A stretch of 64,000 nt of DNA from an uncultured Planctomycetota bacterium. GTDB taxonomy: Bacteria > Planctomycetota > Planctomycetia > Isosphaerales > Isosphaeraceae. Under the pieces are notes generated by a model. It searched no databases. It was not told the origin of the DNA and was given only the letters and a program-made list of their open reading frames with translations. The stretch covers positions 96,001 to 160,000 of the forward strand of contig CAWGMQ010000011.1 of the NCBI GenBank assembly GCA_963823665.1. Direction: 5' to 3'. This document shows, in pieces, positions 42,631 to 54,669 of the stretch. Position 1 is the first letter of the stretch. Each line of letters opens with the position of its first letter. Both the position numbers and the translations under genes were made by a program.

Positions 42631-45600
42631 ATGTCAAACGGCGACCAGCCTGACGCGGGTTCATCGGCCGGAGAACTTCCCGACGACCCAATGGCGCGGC
42701 CGGGAATCCCAAAGTCCCGAATCGCTCGAGGCCATCCACGAAAGTGCGACGATCCACCAGCCCATCCACGAAGATGCGACGATCCTCGGCGGGCCGGGCA
42801 TCCAGGCCGCTCTGGCGGACCAATCGGCTGCGGGTGGCGGCTCCGGTTCGATCACCGACCCGTCCGAGTTTCGCCGGGCGGTGCTCGAGATCGGCTTGGC
42901 CACTGAGGAGGAGCTCGATGGCCTGACCGCTCTGAGTTCCGGCATCCGCGGGAGTCCTCGGTCTGGCCCGAGCTCTCCAGAAGGCCGGCAAGCTGACGGC
43001 CTACCAGGCCGCCGCCCTGTATCAGCGCAAGAGCCGCGGCCTGCTCATCGGCAACTACCTGATCCTCGACAAGCTGGGCGTCGGCGGCATGGGCGTGGTC
43101 TTCAAGGCTCGACATCGGCGGCTGGGACACGTGGTGGCCTTGAAGATCCTCCCCCCCTCGTTCGCCCGCGATCGCACCGCCCTTGCGCGGTTCAAGCGGG
43201 AAGTCGAGGCGGCTGGCAAGCTCAATCACCCCAACATCGTCGCCGCGCTGGACGCCGACGAGGATCGGGGCGTCCATTTCCTGGTGATGGAATACGTCGA
43301 GGGCCGCGACCTGGACCGCGTCGTCCGCGAGCGGGGACCGTTGCGGGTCGTCGACGCGATCGAGTACCTGATCCAGGCGGCGCGCGGGCTGGCCGCCGCC
43401 CATGCCGAGGGGATCGTCCACCGCGACATCAAGCCGTCGAACCTGATGCTCGACACCCAGGGGACCGTCCGCGTGCTCGACCTGGGCCTGGCGCGGATCG
43501 TCGACGCCTCGAACCCGTTTGGTCAGGCGGCGGGCGGTCGTTTGACCGAGAGCGGGATGTACATGGGGACGATCGACTACATGGCCCCCGAGCAGGCGGA
43601 GGACTCGCGGCGGGCCGATCAGCGCGCGGACATCTACAGCCTGGGCTGCACGTTGTATTACCTGATGACGGGCCGCGAACCGTTCGCGGGCGAGACGGTG
43701 CTGAAACGGCTGATGGCGCACCAGGAGCGGCCGGCGCCGCCGTTGCGGGGAGCTCGTCCCGATGCGCCGGCGGCTCTGGAGGACGCGTTTCAGCAAATGA
43801 TGGCCAAGCGGCCGGCGGATCGCCCGGAGTCGATGACGGCGGTGATCGCGCTCTTGGAATCCTGCAAGGCCGCGGCTGCGGGCCGCACGCTCCCGCCGCG
43901 CGCCAAGTCGCGTCCGGAACTGAAGGTCTTCGACGAGGCGGCGATCAAGCAGGCCGCGTCGAGGAAGACGGACCGGGACTCGTCGATCTTCGCCCTGCGC
44001 GACGAGTCTGAGGGGGTGCCGACGGGCTCTGAGCTGAGCCTCGAAGACCTCTTCAGGGACGTACGCTCGGCCGTTCCGGCAGCCGCGCCAAGTCCCCCCA
44101 CGATCAAGCGGGTCGTCAAGCGCCAGGGCCATCTGCCTCCGCAGCGCCGGACTCGCAAAACCCACACACCCCGCAACCGATGGCGTACGCCCGTGCTGGT
44201 GGCGCTCGGTTCCGTCGTTGCGATCGCGACGGTCATCGTCGCTACGCGAATGGTGCCCGACGGTTCGAACGCCCAAGACCAACCTCGCGGACTGTCCGAA
44301 CTCGTCCCGACGACCGTGCCCGTGCCCGTGACGGAGACTCCAGCCGTCGGGACCGTCCCGCGCGATTCTTCCGTGTCCACCCCGAAGACCAAGACTTCGC
44401 TGAAGACCCCTTCGGAATTCACGACGATCTTTGATGGATCCAGCGGCAAGGGATGGATTCTTTGCGACGGGAGTCCCTTGCCCAGGGCCAACGTTCAGGA
44501 CGGGGCGCTCAATCCCCACGGCACGAGAAGCGAGCTGTTCGTCTACCAGACGCCGCTCGAGGACTTCATGCTCGAGTTCGATTTTAAGTTGACCGAGAAA
44601 GGCGACGCGGGCGTGTTCCTCCGGGTCAGCGACTTGAACGCCCCGGCGGAAACGGGCCTGAAGATCGCCCTGGGTGATAGCCCGAGGGCGGGTGCGGAGA
44701 ATTCCGCGGCGCTTTACCAGCTTGTCGCACCCAGGCGGGGGGCGAGCCCGGAATCCGAGGGCGGGTGGAACCGCGTGAGGATCGCGGCGAAGGGGCCGCG
44801 CGTCGCGGTGTCGCTGGGCGGGATCGAGGTCACGACGATCGACCTCGATCGGTGGACGACCCCGGGCAAGCGTCCGGATGGCTCGGTCCACAAGCTCCAG
44901 GACCTCGCGTTCGGTAAGCTGCCCCGCGCTGGGTATCTCGGCTTTCAGGGGCTTTACAGCAACTGCTGGTTCAAGAACGTCGCGGTCTCCGACGTCCTCG
45001 CTTTCCTCTCGACTGGTGCGGGCCGTGCCTTCCTACGTCCAGGCGGGTCAGTTCACGGGACACAAGGTGGCCCAGGGGGGGATCGCTGACGTCGCCCTCG
45101 CCCCGGACGGGCGCGTCCTCTCCGGCGGCTCCGATGGGATGGCTCGGCTCTGGGAGCTCGAGACCGGCCGCGAGCTCCACGCGTTCCCTTGCAATAGCAT
45201 GGTCTGGAGTGCGGCTTTTTCCCCGGACGGCCATCACGCCTTGACAGCCAGCCACGATCAAGGAGTGCGATACTGGGACCTGGACCGGGGCCGGCTCATC
45301 TTCGCCAGAAAAGACGTCCACACGAACCATGTGAAGGCGGTCGCTTTCTTTCCCGACGGCCTCAGGGCCTTGTCGGCCGGCGATGATGATGTCGTGATGC
45401 TCTGGGACCTCAAGCAACGCCGGCCGGTGGGGCCCGTCGGGAAGCACGGAGGTGACATCGAATGCCTGGCCATATCTCCGGACGGCCGCCTGGCGCTCTC
45501 CGGGGGGCAGGACAAGGTCGTGAAGGTCTGGGATTTCGGCTCCGGGCGGGAGCAGCCTGCCCTGACAGTTCATAAGCACGTGATCATTTGCGTCGCGTTC

Positions 45601-46461
45601 TCCCCGGACGGCCGCAAGGCTCTGACGTCCAGTCTGGATAAAGCCGTGATCCTCTGGGACGTCGCGAGCTGGAAGGAGATCGCCCGTGCGGAGCTGCCGG
45701 GCGGCGGGATTGTCACGTCCGCCAAGTTTCTGTCTGACGGCCGGAGCGTCCTGACGTGCAGCGACACGGGAAAGCTCGTGCTCTGGGACATCGAGTCCGG
45801 TGTCGCGATCCGTCAGGCGCAAGGACCATCCGGGCACCGACGCCTCGCCGCGTGGCCGGATGGCAGCCTTGTTCTGACCGGCGATAGCGACGGGATCGTG
45901 CGGATCTGGTCGCCCTCACCCTTGCGGCTGCCCGGCGCGCCGGCGGCCAACCTGCTCAAGAACGGCAGCTTCGAGCTGGGGCCTGACGTTCAGGACGTAC
46001 CGCTCGTAGCGGGATCGACTGCGATCCCGAGTTGGACGGTGACGCGCGAACCGATCGATTGCATCCAGAACGCGTTGCGTGCCGGCGAAGGCAAGCGATG
46101 CCTTGACTTGAACGGCTCCCCCGGCGTTGGGGGTATCCGGCAATCGTTCCTCACCACCAAGGGGCAGCGATACCGTGTGACGTTCTTGATGGCGGGAAGT
46201 ATTGCCGGGGGATCTACGGGAAATCGGGAAATCAAGAGGTTGGGCGTGAGCGCGGCGGGCAAGTTGGGGGAGTTCTCCTTTGACACGACCGGCAAGACTC
46301 CTGACAAGATGGGGTGGACGACCAAGACCTGGGAGTTTCTGGCCGTGGAGGGGGAAACATCCCTCGAGTTCTACAGCCTTGACAGGAAAAACCCCTTGTT
46401 CGGGGCGGCGCTCGATGACGTTCGCGTCGTGGCCCAGGCCGGGAACAATTCCTCACAATGA
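42631..46461 (+). CDS. Multidomain Ser/Thr kinase: kinase, TM, DUF1080, WD40, DUF642/choice-of-anchor C-like (frameshifted)
   Basis: LGVGGMGVV, HRDIKPSN, DLGLAR, GTIDYMAPEQ; about 7 WD40 repeats; NLLKNGSFE..LDLNG..FGAALDDV; frameshifts near 42715, 42960, 45010. Confidence 0.85.
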
Positions 46462-46509
46462 CCGACCTCGGGGCGGTGTCGCCCCCTCGTCGGCGCGCGA
46501 ATTCGGCTC

Positions 46510-46802
46510 GCTCGGACGTCTCCTTCGGCGTCCCTGACGTGATTGCCGGTCAGCAATCGCCAGTAAGAAAAAATCGCCCGTTCGAACAGTGAGAACATGC
46601 GGATCAGATAAGTGGCATCAAGGTTCCGGTCAACCGCATAGATATCTGCAACCGCCAAGTCGTCCCAGCCCCTTTCTTCTGTGACGTCGTGGATCTCGTT
46701 GGGCGTCGCACCCAGCAACCAGTCCACCGCGACCCGAACTGCATGATACTCCCGCTCCGCGGCCTTGATTCGGCTTGCCCAATCGAAACGATTATGCGGC
46801 AT
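46510..46802 (-). pseudogene. Gene B copy 2 (HEPN-like), truncated before the R-x4-H motif
   Basis: MPHNRFDWASRIKAAEREY...RNLDATYLIRMFSLFERAIFSYW aligns with 25347-25801. Confidence 0.65.
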
Positions 46803-47165
46803 GAGCGGCGATCTCGTTCAGGACTCGATTCAAGGACGCCTCATCTAGCATCATCGCTTCGGCGTTCTTGATCCTGGCCACCGCGGCAGTGGAACGGAAC
46901 GCATAGTGCAGCCTCCACGCACCGTCGACGAAGTAGAGGCTGGCAATGTCGTCGTAGGCCGGTAACAGGTAAAGGTCGACAACTCCGTCGGTCCCAGGGG
47001 CGAACCGTCCGACCGGGTCGAGAATCACCTCGACCGTCTCCCGCTGCAAGAGCATGGCTGGAGCCTTGTACTGGCCTAAAACCGAATCCTTCATTGACTT
47101 CTCGATGACGCGGGTTCTCCAACCAGAGCCTTCCGTCCATCGCCTCTAGCAAATTATTGGGCATC
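46792..47165 (-). pseudogene. Gene A copy 2, N-terminus damaged
   Basis: W..SGWRTRVIEKSMKDSVLGQYKAPAMLLQRETVEVILDPVGRFAPGTDGVVDLYLLPAYDDIASLY matches 24908-25366. Confidence 0.75.
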
Positions 47166-47350
47166 GCTTTCACAGCTCGCATCGCGAAAGTATACTAACC
47201 GCCGGAATCATCCGGGTCAGATTCTGTCAGGAATGCCGATACGGGCCGGCCATGCCGGGAAGCCCGGCACCCGCTCGGTCCGCTCCGCCTTTCTGCCGGG
47301 TCTGCCGGCCACTCTTCACACATCGATCACACTTCCGAGGAGTGACATCC

Positions 47351-50207
47351 ATGAGGTCGCTACGAGATCTACGTCCGGTCCGTCCTCGCCCTGCGAAAGC
47401 ACGGAGCTTCAAGTCCCCGGTAGAGCGACTCGAATCCCGCGAGCTGCTCAGTTCCATGCCGGTGGCCCAGCCGATGCACACGATCGTGCCCTTCGCCGGT
47501 CCGGGCGGCCCGCCGTCCGGGAGCTTCACGCCCGCCCAGATCCAGCAGGCGTATCAATTCAACCAGGTCAGCTACAACGGGTCGGACGAGACGATCGCCA
47601 TCGTCGACGCCTACAACGACCCGGACATTCAGTCGAACCTCAACACGTTCGATAGCGAGTTCGGCCTTGGCGTCCACCACGATCAGCGTGGTCAACCAGA
47701 CCGGCGGCAGCAAGCTCCCCTCGGCCGACCCGACGGGCGGCTGGGAGGTGGAGGAATCGCTCGACGTCGAATGGGCGCATGCCATGGCGCCCGGGGCGAC
47801 CATCATGCTGGTGGAAGCCAGCTCCTCCAGCCTTTCCAACCTGCTGACGGCCGTGAGCTATGCATCGCAGCATGCGAACGTCGTGTCGATGAGCTGGGGC
47901 AGCAGCGAGTTCTCAGGCGAGACGGCGTACGACAGTTACTTTGACGCGCCCGGCGTCGCCTTCGTGGTGGCCTCGGGGGATACCGGCGCACCGGCCGAAT
48001 GGCCGGCGGCCTCGCCGAACGTCCTGGGCGTCGGCGGCACGTCGCTCGTGCTCAGCAGCAGCGGCGGTTGGGGCAGCGAGACCGGCTGGAGCGGCAGCAC
48101 TGGCGGCCCCAGCCCCTACGAGCCGCAGCCGTCCTACCAGGCCGGCGTGGTGACACAGACCTCGTCGGCGCGGGCCACCCCGGACGTCGCCTACGATGCC
48201 TCGTCGACCGGCACTTATGCCGTGTACGACTCGTATCCCGACGAAAACGAGACCCTCGACTGGGTGGCGGTCTACGGCACCAGCGCCGTGCGCCGCAGTG
48301 GTCGGCGATCCTGGCGATCGCCGATCAGGGTCGGGCCGCCAACGGCCTGCTCGGCCCTCAACACCTCCGGCGCCCAGCAGGTCATGGACATCCTGTACCA
48401 GAACCCGGGCGACTTCCACGACATCACCAGCGGGACCAGTACCGGCGATCCGAATTACTCCGCCGGGCCGGGCTACGACTATGTGACCGGGCTGGGCACC
48501 CCGATGGTCAACCTGATCGTCGGCTCGCTCGACGGCAGCACCAGCACGACCCCACCCGACACGATGGTCGTCTCTGCGCCGAGCAGTGCCACAGCGGGCG
48601 ACTCGTTCACCTATACCGTCACCGCCCATAACCCCACCACCGGAAGCGTGGACACCAGCTTCACGGGGACGATCCGCTTCACCAGCACCGACAGCAAGAT
48701 CCAGGGGTTGCCAAGCACTTACACGTTTACCACGACCAACGATGGAGTGGCCAGCTTCACCGTCACGCTCGAGACCGCCGGCTCACAGACGATCACCGAG
48801 ACGAGCGCGTCGGGGTCGGTCAATTCGACGATCGTGGTCAGCCCCACCACGGCGAGCCGGTTCGTGATCTCCGGCCTCTCGACCGCCACGGTGGGGACGG
48901 CCGAGAGCTTCACCGTGACAGCCGAGGACGCCTACGGCAACGTGGCCACCGGCTATACCGGCACGGTGGAGTTCACCAGCTCCGACACCGCGGCGACCCT
49001 GCCGGGCAACACCCCGTTCACCTTGGCCAATGCGGGCCAGCAGACGTTCTCCGTCACCTTCGGGACGGCCGGGACGCAGTCATTGACCATCACCGACACC
49101 GAAAACGCGAGCTTGACAGCCACCCAGTCGGGGATCAGTGTCTCCCCGGCGGCGCCGTCGGGTCTGGCCGCGACCGCGGTCTCGTCGTCGCAGATCAACC
49201 TCACGTGGGGCGCCGCGGCCGGGGCCACCGCCTACGAGATCGAGCGCAGCCTCAGTGCCGCCTCCGGTTTCGCGGAGGTCGGGACGGCGACCACGACGAG
49301 CTACTCCGACACGGGCCTGACGGCGGGGACGACGTACTACTACCAGGTGATCGCCACCGGCGGGGGCAACTCCTCGGCGGCCAGCAACACCGCCAGCGCC
49401 ACCACAACCGGCACGGCGCCGCCGCCCTCCACCGAATCAATCTGGGGCACTTCGTACCGCCCCACGGTGAATTACTGACTATGACGGCGAACGGGGCAAA
49501 CGTTCGAGCTGGGCGTGCAGTTCGAGTCGAACGTCGCCGGCCTCGTGACCGGCGTTTTGTTCTACAAGCAGCGCGGGACGACCGGCACGAATGTCGCCCA
49601 CCTGTGGTCCTCGAACGGGACCCTGCTGGCGTCGGCGACCTTCACCAACGAGACGAGCTCGGGCTGGCAGGAGGTTAGCTTCTCCAGTCCCGTGGCGATT
49701 CTGGCCAACACGATCTATATCGTCTCGTACGACACCGGCAGTCCCCTGTTCTACTACGACTCGGAGTACTTCGCCAACGGCGGGGTGACCAACGGCAACC
49801 TGACGGCGCCGCAGTCGAGCACGATCAACGGCGGGGTCCTCGACAACGGGGTGTACAATTACGGCGGGGAGTTCCCGCTCGCCAGCCAGTACTACGCGAA
49901 CTTCTGGGTCGATGTCGCGTTCTCGCCGTCGGCGGGCTCGAGTGCGAGCGCCAAGACGGCGGCCGGCGCCGCCAGGACGAGCGGATCGGCCACGGTGGCG
50001 ATCGGACAGTCGGGCTACACCATCACCACGGCGGGATCGGCTACGCCCGCCGGGCCGATGGGCGCCGTGCCGGGATCCCAGGGAACCTCGTCATCGACGG
50101 CACGGCGACCGTCCGTCAGCTACGCCGTGGTGAGCTACCGCCCCGTGGTCAGGCAGGCGCGGGCAGTGGTCCTCTGGGGTCAGAAGGCGACTTCGTTACT
50201 GAGCTGA
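47351..50207 (+). CDS. Secreted S53 (sedolisin/kumamolisin-like) peptidase with Ig-like, fn3 and DUF4082-like domains (frameshifted)
   Basis: VERLESRELLS; EESLDVEWAHAMAPGA, SGD, GGTSL, PDVA, GTS; fn3; ELGVQFES..GWQEVSFSSPV..WVDV; frameshifts near 47670, 48290, 49480. Confidence 0.85.
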
Positions 50208-50437
50208 TGCCGACCGAAGGAGACGAAGCGAGGTGGGATTCCGGGGACACCACAAGTAATTGTCCTTCGTCAATCGCGGAAGTCGTTGAGCGGGAACCGG
50301 GACCGATCGGAGCACCTGCGATCGTGTCGCCGTCGCTGACGCCAGTAGAGCAGACAGGCTATTCATTTGAGCAGAGACACGGCTTGGCGTTCTACGCCCC
50401 GGGTGGTTCGGCTAGAATTCGCGCCATGGAGGTCACC

Positions 50438-50986
50438 ATGCAGATTGCCCTCTCGCCCGACGCCGTTGCCGTGCTGCGCTTCGAAATCAAGGGATATCGG
50501 TCCAAGGTGCCGGGGAGCCGGCTGCCGGCCTACCGTGAGCTGGCTGCCGCGGGAATCATGGAGCCGGTACCCGGCTCGGACACCGACTACCGGTTCGCCG
50601 AAGACGGCATGAAGCATCGTGAGGAGATTCTCGAGCGGGAAGCGGCGCGGATCGAGCGCGATCGGTACGAACCGCCGGATGCCGATCTGTCGGAGGCGGC
50701 CAGAGAACGATTGCGCCTCTACTTGGCGGGCGATCGCAGGGTGACCGATGGGAATCGCCCGGCCTACCGGGAACTGGTCGCGGCGAGGATCATGATCCCT
50801 CTCCATTCGTTCGTCGCGGGGTGGGAGGCGGCGTATCGGCTTACCTACTGGGGCTATGAACGGAGGTTCGAGCTTGCGGGAGAGGAACACGACGATGATG
50901 TTGGGAGACCTGGCACCGGCCAGCCCTACTGCAAACACTGCCAATCCCCAATCGCTGTGTCCTGGTCCCAATCAACGCCGCCGTGA
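50438..50986 (+). CDS. Hypothetical protein with internal duplication
   Basis: GGAGG RBS; RLPAYRELAAAGIMEP...YRF and NRPAYRELVAARIMIP...YRL. Confidence 0.65.
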   Translation: MQIALSPDAVAVLRFEIKGYRSKVPGSRLPAYRELAAAGIMEPVPGSDTDYRFAEDGMKHREEILEREAARIERDRYEPPDADLSEAARERLRLYLAGDRRVTDGNRPAYRELVAARIMIPLHSFVAGWEAAYRLTYWGYERRFELAGEEHDDDVGRPGTGQPYCKHCQSPIAVSWSQSTPP

Positions 50987-51012
50987 TGTCTTGTTTCCCC
51001 GATCACAGATCC

Positions 51013-51042
51013 TTGCAATCCATTTTGAGTCACGTCTATAAT
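51013..51042 (+). promoter_or_regulatory. Sigma70-type promoter TTGCAA-N18-TATAAT
   Basis: -35 at 51013-51018, consensus -10 at 51037-51042. Confidence 0.55.
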
Positions 51043-51092
51043 AGCGGATGAGGTGCGCCTCTCAAGACGGGCGGTGCACCCAAGTCACGAAG

Positions 51093-51135
51093 GCCCTATC
51101 GCTCGGCACCCCGGGCGATAGGGCTTTTTTGTTTT
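51093..51135 (+). terminator. Intrinsic terminator, 14-bp stem followed by a U-tract
   Basis: GCCCTATCGCTCGG-CACC-CCGGGCGATAGGGC then TTTTTTGTTTT. Confidence 0.85.
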
Positions 51136-51166
51136 CCTCGCAGGCACGTGCCGATCGGAACCTCCA

Positions 51167-52858
51167 GTGTCGACTCTCAAAACCATCGTTCGCCGGTGCT
51201 GCGCCATCTCGCCATCGCTCCCCCAGTTCGCCTCGGCCCGGCCTCGCCCCGTAACGAGGCGGCTGACGTTAGAACACCTCGAGAGCCGGGTCGTGCCCTC
51301 AACGATTCTCGTCACGAGCTTGCTAGACTCGGGTCGCGGCTCGCTCCGGGCCGCGATCATCAAGGCCAACCAGGACCCGAGCCATTCGGGAAGTCACACG
51401 CATTCGGATACAATCAAGTTCGCGCACTCGGTGAGGGGGACGATCCTTTTGGAGAGTGCACTGCCGGTCCTGTTGACCGATACGGTGATCTCCGGGCCAG
51501 GCCCCGCATTGCTGACGGTGGCCCGAGATTCCAGGTCTTTCCAATCGTTCCGCATCTTTACCGTAGGCAAAGGTGCCAGGACTGCGATTTCCGGACTGAC
51601 CATCGCGGGCGGAAGCACCGCCGCCGGAGGTGGGATCAATAACGCCGGATCGCTCTCACTGAATAATATGTGGATCATGGGCAACTTGACCTCCGGCGGC
51701 CTCGTGATTACCCAGGGAGCTACTCTTGGGGGTGGGATCGACAACACCGGCACGCTGTCAGTCACCGACTGCCGATTCACAGACAACACGGCAGAGGGCA
51801 ACGCCAACGTGGCCTATGGCGGTGCGATCGCGAACTCAGGCAGGCTCTCGATCATCGGGGCCACGTTCAGCGGCAACGTGGCCCAGAGTGGTTCAAATTA
51901 CGACGGTTTCGGCGGTGGAATCTACAATTCAGGCACGCTTTCGGTCATGGGGTCGACGTTCAGCGGCAACTCGGCCACGAGCGGTCAAGACGGTTATGGC
52001 GGTGCGATCAACAACCTCGGCACGCTCTCTGTCACCAACTCCACGTTCAACACCAACTCGGCGACGGGTGTTCTCGGCAGTTTCGGCGGCGCCATCGCCG
52101 ACTCGGGCGTCATTTCGCTCACCTACATCACGGCAGACGATAATTCGGCCACCACCGGCGGTGGCGTCGCGATCGTCTCCGGGGCTCAATCCATGGGCAA
52201 CTCGATTGACAGCATCTTTCAGAATTCGCAGGGCGGAAACGTCGCCGTCGTCGCGGGCAGCTTCACCTCCTTGGGCTACAACTTGTTCTCTGACAATCCC
52301 GGGATCAGCCACGTACCCACTGACCGGGTCAACATCAACCCGCTGTTGGGTCCGCTTGCGAACAACGGTGGTGATACCGAGACCCAGGCCCTGCTTTCCG
52401 GAAGCCCCGCGATCAGAGGGGGGATTTCAGTTGCCGGCATCACAACCGATCAGCGGGGAGACCCCCGGCCAGCGAGTGGTTCAACCGACCAGGGCGCTTT
52501 CCAGGTGCAACCCACTCTCTTCGTGAAGAGCATCCGGGAGTATAATTTCCCTGACCGTCCCGCCGTCTTTGTGCTGGCCTTCAACATGCTGCTCAATGCC
52601 TCCCGGGCTCAGTCCCTTGGCAACTACAGCATTGTTACGGAAGGCGGGAACGCACACCGGGTCGGAATCCGTTCCGCTCATTACAGTGCCTTTACCCAGT
52701 CCGTGACCGTGCGAGCAAGAATTCACCACCCCCCGAGTGAGATTTGGATAGTCACCGTGACCGGCACGCCACCGCACGGACTGACCAACACAAAGGGCGA
52801 CTATCTCGATGGCGCCGGGGACGGCCGACCAGGTACCAACTTCGTGGTGGGACTCTGA
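51167..52858 (+). CDS. Secreted beta-helix protein (GGAI/polymorphic-membrane-type repeats, choice-of-anchor Q-like)
   Basis: LEHLESRVVPS; GSLRAAI..AN; repeated FSGN.A..GGAI.N; LGPLANNGGDT.T.ALL.GSPAI; DQRG. Confidence 0.85.
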   Translation: MSTLKTIVRRCCAISPSLPQFASARPRPVTRRLTLEHLESRVVPSTILVTSLLDSGRGSLRAAIIKANQDPSHSGSHTHSDTIKFAHSVRGTILLESALPVLLTDTVISGPGPALLTVARDSRSFQSFRIFTVGKGARTAISGLTIAGGSTAAGGGINNAGSLSLNNMWIMGNLTSGGLVITQGATLGGGIDNTGTLSVTDCRFTDNTAEGNANVAYGGAIANSGRLSIIGATFSGNVAQSGSNYDGFGGGIYNSGTLSVMGSTFSGNSATSGQDGYGGAINNLGTLSVTNSTFNTNSATGVLGSFGGAIADSGVISLTYITADDNSATTGGGVAIVSGAQSMGNSIDSIFQNSQGGNVAVVAGSFTSLGYNLFSDNPGISHVPTDRVNINPLLGPLANNGGDTETQALLSGSPAIRGGISVAGITTDQRGDPRPASGSTDQGAFQVQPTLFVKSIREYNFPDRPAVFVLAFNMLLNASRAQSLGNYSIVTEGGNAHRVGIRSAHYSAFTQSVTVRARIHHPPSEIWIVTVTGTPPHGLTNTKGDYLDGAGDGRPGTNFVVGL

Positions 52859-53138
52859 AAGGACGCAATAGCGCCGTAACATCGTCTATCTTACTACTGT
52901 TCGGCATACCGCGCGGCAGTCAGCAAGTAGCGTTCCCGGAACTCAAACCATTTCCTCGATCTCGCTTGTTTCGTGTCGGCGGCCGCCGGCGTATAGTAGT
53001 GCCGGGTCGATTTGAGAGCCGAATCAGAAGTCGTTCCGCGATTTCGGGAGAATGCGATTGAGTCGAGGGTGCCGCAAGCGCGGCCCGGCAGGAGACTCGC
53101 CTTCCCGGAATCACCACGGGTCATTCGGGACTTCGCTC

Positions 53139-54665
53139 ATGCAAATCTGTTGTGTTTTTCGTGGCGTCCGACCGGGCTTTCCGATCGCGCTCGCGTTCAT
53201 CTGTTCAATCTTCTGCGTGCCGCCGGCGCGAGCTCAGAACGAGAAGCTCGGCCAATTTGAAGCGACCGGCGGCGTCGGGCGGATCGAGGTTCCCGGGAAG
53301 GTCGAATTCGACGCCGGGAAGGGAACGTACCGCGTGACCGGCAGCGGCGCGAACATGTGGTCCGCCGTCGATGCGTTTCAGTTTGTCTGGAAAAAAGTCT
53401 CGGGCGATCTGGAGCTTTCCGCCGCGATCGAATGGCTCGGCGAAGGGAAGAACGCTCACCGCAAGGCCGGGGCCTTGGTGCGGCAGGACCTACAAGCCGA
53501 TTCGCCCTACGTGGACGCTGTCGTGCACGGCGACGGGCTGATCTCGCTCCAGTTTCGCCGCGAGCGCGGCGGGCCAACGAGCGAGGTCAAAACCACGTTC
53601 AAGCCGCCCGCGGCGCTGAAGCTCGAGCGTAAGGGAAACGTTTTCAACCTTTCGGTGGCACCCAAGGGAGAGAGCTTTCACCCGGCGGGCTCGATCACCC
53701 TCGAGCTGCGCGGGGAGGTCTACGCCGGACTGGCCGTATGCTCTCACGAGGTGGACACTGCGGAAACCGCTATCTTCAGCGAGGTCCAGTTCAAGACCGA
53801 GCCGGCTGCCCCCGCGCAAACCCGCGTGCGCGAATCGACGCTGGAAACCGTGGCGATCGCGAGCGGCGTGCGCAGCATCATCTACCGGGCCAAGGAGCAT
53901 TTTGAAGCACCGAACTGGTCGCGCGACGGCAAGACGTTTTTCTATAACCGCGCGGGCAAGATCTACACGTTGCCTGTCTCGGGCGGCACGCCTGCGCTTC
54001 TGGATACCGGCGGTGCCGACCGCTGCAACAACGATCATGGGCTCTCGCCCGACGGCCGATGGCTGGCGATCAGCTACACCGACCCGGAGCTGCGGCAATC
54101 GGTCATCTCGGTTTTGTCGAGCCAGGGTGGAACACCCAAGCGGGTCACTCCCCTGGGACCCTCTTACTGGCATGGCTGGTCGCCCGACGGGCAAACTCTG
54201 GCGTATTGCGCCCAACGCAACGGCGAGTTCGACATTTACACCATCGCCGAACCCGCCGGCGAAGAGAAACGGCTCACAACAGCCAAAGGCCTGGATGACG
54301 GCCCCGACTATACGCCCGATGGCAAGCAGATCTATTTCAACTCGGAACGAACGGGTGTGATGAAAATATGGCGAATGAATTCCGACGGCACGAATCAGGA
54401 ACAAGTGACGTCAGACGAAGAATTCGCCGACTGGTTTCCCCATCCTTCACCGGACGGAAAGTGGCTGGTTCTTCTGTCGTACGAGAAGGATGTCACCGGT
54501 CATCCGGCCGACAAGGACGTTGTGCTGCGGATCATGCCGCTTTCGGGCGGAAAAGTGCGCGTGCTGGCGACCCTGTTCGGTGGCCAGGGGACGATCAATG
54601 TTCCCTCGTGGTCGCCGGACAGCAAGCACGTGGCGTTTGTGAGTTACCGGATGGTGGGGCGCTAA
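53139..54665 (+). CDS. TolB-like PD40 beta-propeller protein with N-terminal lectin-like domain
   Basis: [54 protein letters not shown]. Confidence 0.85.
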   Translation: MQICCVFRGVRPGFPIALAFICSIFCVPPARAQNEKLGQFEATGGVGRIEVPGKVEFDAGKGTYRVTGSGANMWSAVDAFQFVWKKVSGDLELSAAIEWLGEGKNAHRKAGALVRQDLQADSPYVDAVVHGDGLISLQFRRERGGPTSEVKTTFKPPAALKLERKGNVFNLSVAPKGESFHPAGSITLELRGEVYAGLAVCSHEVDTAETAIFSEVQFKTEPAAPAQTRVRESTLETVAIASGVRSIIYRAKEHFEAPNWSRDGKTFFYNRAGKIYTLPVSGGTPALLDTGGADRCNNDHGLSPDGRWLAISYTDPELRQSVISVLSSQGGTPKRVTPLGPSYWHGWSPDGQTLAYCAQRNGEFDIYTIAEPAGEEKRLTTAKGLDDGPDYTPDGKQIYFNSERTGVMKIWRMNSDGTNQEQVTSDEEFADWFPHPSPDGKWLVLLSYEKDVTGHPADKDVVLRIMPLSGGKVRVLATLFGGQGTINVPSWSPDSKHVAFVSYRMVGR

Positions 54666-54669
54666 GGGT

